From contig QPGO01000060.1 in the NCBI GenBank assembly GCA_008632985.1, positions 310,001 to 374,000 of the forward strand: 64,000 bases of DNA, read 5' to 3'. This document shows, piece after piece, positions 61,070-64,000 of the stretch (position 1 is its first letter; every line of letters begins with the position of its first letter). The translations under genes and the position numbers were made by a program. The notes under the pieces are model-generated. The model searched no databases, had not been told where the DNA came from, and saw nothing but the letters and a program-made list of their open reading frames with translations. The stretch comes from Psammoneis japonica (Eukaryota).

Positions 61070-61655
61070 TGTCATGTGGCACAAGGCCTATTGTGGGTGA
61101 TTGTGGTGATTTTAAGAGTCGTTCATGAAAAGTGAGACTATAAAAGTGTAAAATTATGAAGTGAATTTCTGGAGCGGTGATCTCGCGGAATGTTCTTTCG
61201 ATTCTTTCTTTTCCAGAGAAATTCTGTTCTCGTTATGTAGGAACGTTCCTGGGTTCTTCTTTAAGTGTATATCGTCTAAGGGAACGTCTTGGGACTTCTG
61301 AGGAGGTCACGTATGGTGTCCGAAGGTATCACGGGAAAAATCGAGAGATCCGATTCGCTCTTCATCGTTTCGACCGTTTTCTTGTGAGAATCGGATTGGC
61401 TGAAAAGGAACTTGAAGTTCGGCTAAGAAATGTCTTCTCGATTTACTTAGGAAGTGATACACGTGTCCAGTTGTTTACTATCGCTTTCCGCATGTGTCCG
61501 GTTGTTTACTTAGGAGGAAGATGTTGGATAATTGTTCATGTAGTATGCATGTGTCTCTTGATGTATGTTCACGTAGATGTATATAGGTTCTGTCCGTAGT
61601 TCTCTATTGTTCTTTATGACGTCTCGAAGTGTCGGGTCATGAGCACGACGTGACA
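61070..61655 (-). repeat. 5' LTR
   Basis: Near-identical to 55040-55625. Confidence 0.95.
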
Positions 61656-61888
61656 AGATCCTCCTGCGACTCGGGAGGACGATCACGGGTGTCTTCAAAC
61701 TCCTCAACCCAACGGAAGAACTTCCTGAATCTTTTGCGGGTGTCGTTGTCCATGCCCGGAATCCTGCCATTTCGCACGTCGTCAGACATTTTCATGAGGG
61801 TCATGAAGTCATCAACGCCTTTGTCCTTCAGCGCGTTCTTGACATTTTCGGCAATGCCGACGGCAGCGAAGATGGAGTCGAGTTCCAT
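61656..61888 (-). pseudogene. 5' part (about 77 codons) of the interrupted helicase-like gene
   Basis: ATG at 61888; MELDSIFAAVGIAENVKNALKDKGVDDFMTL...RKFFRW resembles a SAM-like helical domain. In frame with 55035-53121. Confidence 0.75.
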
Positions 61889-62462
61889 GGTCCGTCGGTG
61901 CGTGGAATGAAAAGAAAGAAAGATAAAGATACAAGGATTAGGAGCGAGGAGCGAGGAGCGAGAATAGAAAGATACCGGTACAAGGAGAAAGATACACCTT
62001 TGACAGATTTCGAAATTCTTTTGAAAAAAAAAAAACAGCTGGTGGCGTGACATGACTGAGGGCGGTTCGATCCAATTGCGTCCGAAAATCGTCCAAAAAC
62101 GGATGTAATTTAGACAGTCGAATGGATCAATCGCACGTTTTGTACGCCTTGAAAGAAAGAAACCCAGCCAGAATTGCTTATTATCGTTTATCATAGGGTG
62201 AATTTTACAAATTCATCATTAGACTGTATTCTTGTTCGATTATTCTTTGCAAAAATCGGCCATAAATCCAAAACTCCTTGGGATGGATCGATAAATCGAT
62301 GATCGAGATCGATGAGCAATCAAAATATTGCAAAGATACAGCTGTGCATGTCGGTGTGCCGTGTGCTGTGCATACCAACTTTAGTAACTCCCTGGCTCGT
62401 TGTTGCGTTCTTGTTGTCGGCCCTCTAGCATAGAAACCATTTGCGCGAAACAAGTCTGAAAA

Positions 62463-64000
62463 ATGCTCTCTCGAAATCAAGAAAAGAGACAAAGGTGTCT
62501 GGAGGCGATCGGACGATTGCAACATGGTGGAATCGAACATACTGCTATTGAGAACGCGGACTGGGATGGGCTGAGACATGACTTGTGCCGAGCATTCCCG
62601 AGCGAGAGCGAGAAGGAGGAAGACGAAGAAGCTTCGAGTGGAGAGGATTCGTCTTTGAGTGAGGCGAGGCCACGAAACAAGAATAAGAGAAAAGTTGTTG
62701 AAGTTATTTCACTTCTCTCTGGGTCTGATGATGATGACGACGACGGCCCAGCCGAAACTGAACCACAGCAGACTAACAAAAGACGATCTATTGACAGCGA
62801 TTCGTCGTCAACAGCTTCGGAAAACACAGATCGGACCGATCAGTCGTTTGACAACAACAGGCAGGATGAAAACGAGCCCAACACAGACGACTTGAGCGAC
62901 AAAGATTCCAGTGACGGCGATTCCAGTGACGGCGATTCGAGTGACGATTCGTCAACCGACGATAATGCGTCGAGGTATGATGAAGTGATTCCGGGTGACA
63001 ACCCTCGTGCTTCAGAGAGCCACACAGACAGCACCTCTTCACTTCACGGAGAACAAGGAGCTACACCTCATGATGTGCAGGACGATCAAGTTGATGTGCA
63101 GGACGATCATGTTGATTTGCCCTTTCCCTCAATCGACGACAGTTCGGTTCGAGTAGGCGATTCTGGGGCCAGTGATCATGAAACAAACGAAGATGGACTA
63201 GAAGAAGATGAATACAACATTGAAGGTCTTGATCTAGAGGAGGATGAGGAAGAAGAAATTGTAAAACAGTTTCGAAAGAGAGTGAGACCAGTGGGCGAGG
63301 CACAAGCTGAGCCAAGTGTGTTGGAACGGACTGGGGAGATTCTGACCGAGCCCGATGAGGACTTAGAAGACTTTGAAGAGATTGAAAGCCACGGCTATTC
63401 TTTTCGAGTTGGGAAAACATATCACTTTCAAGCTCGAGACGGAGGAACGTATCTCTACGGCATACAAAGACTATATCGTCGGTCCGACGGAAGGTCGTTC
63501 GCTGAATGTTTTCAAGTCCTGCGTCTTGAGGAAACGTTTCTGGGCATACAGTCGACCCAGTATCCTTACGCACGTTTTGCGGAAAAGGACAGGTTTCCGC
63601 TCGATAAGAGGTTTGGCCAGGAAGCCGAAGATGTGGATGGCATTCCGACTTTGACGTACGAAGACTATCGAGGAAAAGGCCTGCACGTCTGTTACTATCC
63701 ACCAAAGCCGGGGCAACCGCTGAAAATCCATCCGTTCGAGAAACCCACATTGGTCGATCTGTTTGCCGGTGCTGGTGGAATGCACAATGGATTTCATGCC
63801 GCTGGCTTTGGAACTGCCATTGCCGTTGAGAAGAATCCGTTTGCTGCGTGGACCTTGTCCGCTGCAACCAAGAATATTTTCACAGGCGACGTGGCGGCGT
63901 TTCTGGAGATGTGCCATAATCCGTCCTTCCGCAGGCAGCTGGGTTGGGTATGGCATCTTCATCTGTCTCCTCCCTGCCAAGGCTTCTCTGCTGCAAATCG
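62463..64000 (+). CDS. C5 DNA cytosine methyltransferase, RID/Masc1 (DNMT4)-like; truncated by the window edge
   Basis: Manually traced stop-free frame from ATG at 62463; absent from the ORF track. Long acidic N-terminus, a BAH-like segment (GYSFRVGKTYHF...ETFLG), motif I LVDLFAGAGGM, motif II AVEKN and catalytic motif IV HLHLSPPCQGFS. Confidence 0.85.
   Translation, partial: MLSRNQEKRQRCLEAIGRLQHGGIEHTAIENADWDGLRHDLCRAFPSESEKEEDEEASSGEDSSLSEARPRNKNKRKVVEVISLLSGSDDDDDDGPAETEPQQTNKRRSIDSDSSSTASENTDRTDQSFDNNRQDENEPNTDDLSDKDSSDGDSSDGDSSDDSSTDDNASRYDEVIPGDNPRASESHTDSTSSLHGEQGATPHDVQDDQVDVQDDHVDLPFPSIDDSSVRVGDSGASDHETNEDGLEEDEYNIEGLDLEEDEEEEIVKQFRKRVRPVGEAQAEPSVLERTGEILTEPDEDLEDFEEIESHGYSFRVGKTYHFQARDGGTYLYGIQRLYRRSDGRSFAECFQVLRLEETFLGIQSTQYPYARFAEKDRFPLDKRFGQEAEDVDGIPTLTYEDYRGKGLHVCYYPPKPGQPLKIHPFEKPTLVDLFAGAGGMHNGFHAAGFGTAIAVEKNPFAAWTLSAATKNIFTGDVAAFLEMCHNPSFRRQLGWVWHLHLSPPCQGFSAAN

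Larger units (their letters stand above)
55040..61655 (-). mobile_element. Full-length Ty3/Gypsy LTR retrotransposon (6616 bp) with 4-bp target duplication AGAT
   Basis: 586-bp LTRs bounded by TGTCA...TGACA. AGAT at 55036-39 and 61656-59. Domain order gag-PR-RT-RH-IN. Purine tract GGAGGAGGCGCG precedes the 3' LTR. Confidence 0.96.

Overview
Eukaryotic nuclear DNA, most likely from a diatom: compact genes, short GT-AG introns, and signal peptides ending in ASAFAP-like plastid-targeting motifs. The window holds about 20 ordinary genes, including two PPR proteins, a soluble-type adenylate cyclase, a carotenoid cleavage dioxygenase, an M32 carboxypeptidase, an FNT transporter and a cyclophilin. 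Many carry single-base frameshifts that are probably assembly errors. It also holds a full-length Ty3/Gypsy LTR retrotransposon, several non-autonomous TIR elements, tandem duplications and one assembly gap. The main signal is a localized hypermutation acting on both strands, TpA->TpG/CpA (A->G in a TA context), with CpG->TpG/CpA decay added in some domains. It affects ~12.2-14.8 kb, ~28.0-32.4 kb, ~33.8-35.05 kb and the pol region of the retrotransposon, and its direction is fixed by paired copies and conserved RT/RNase H/integrase residues. At the right edge, a RID/Masc1(DNMT4)-like cytosine methyltransferase gene lies head-to-head with an SF2 helicase-like gene resembling bacterial Z1-associated helicases; the retrotransposon has inserted into that helicase gene. 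All calls come from reading the sequence by eye; no searches were run.
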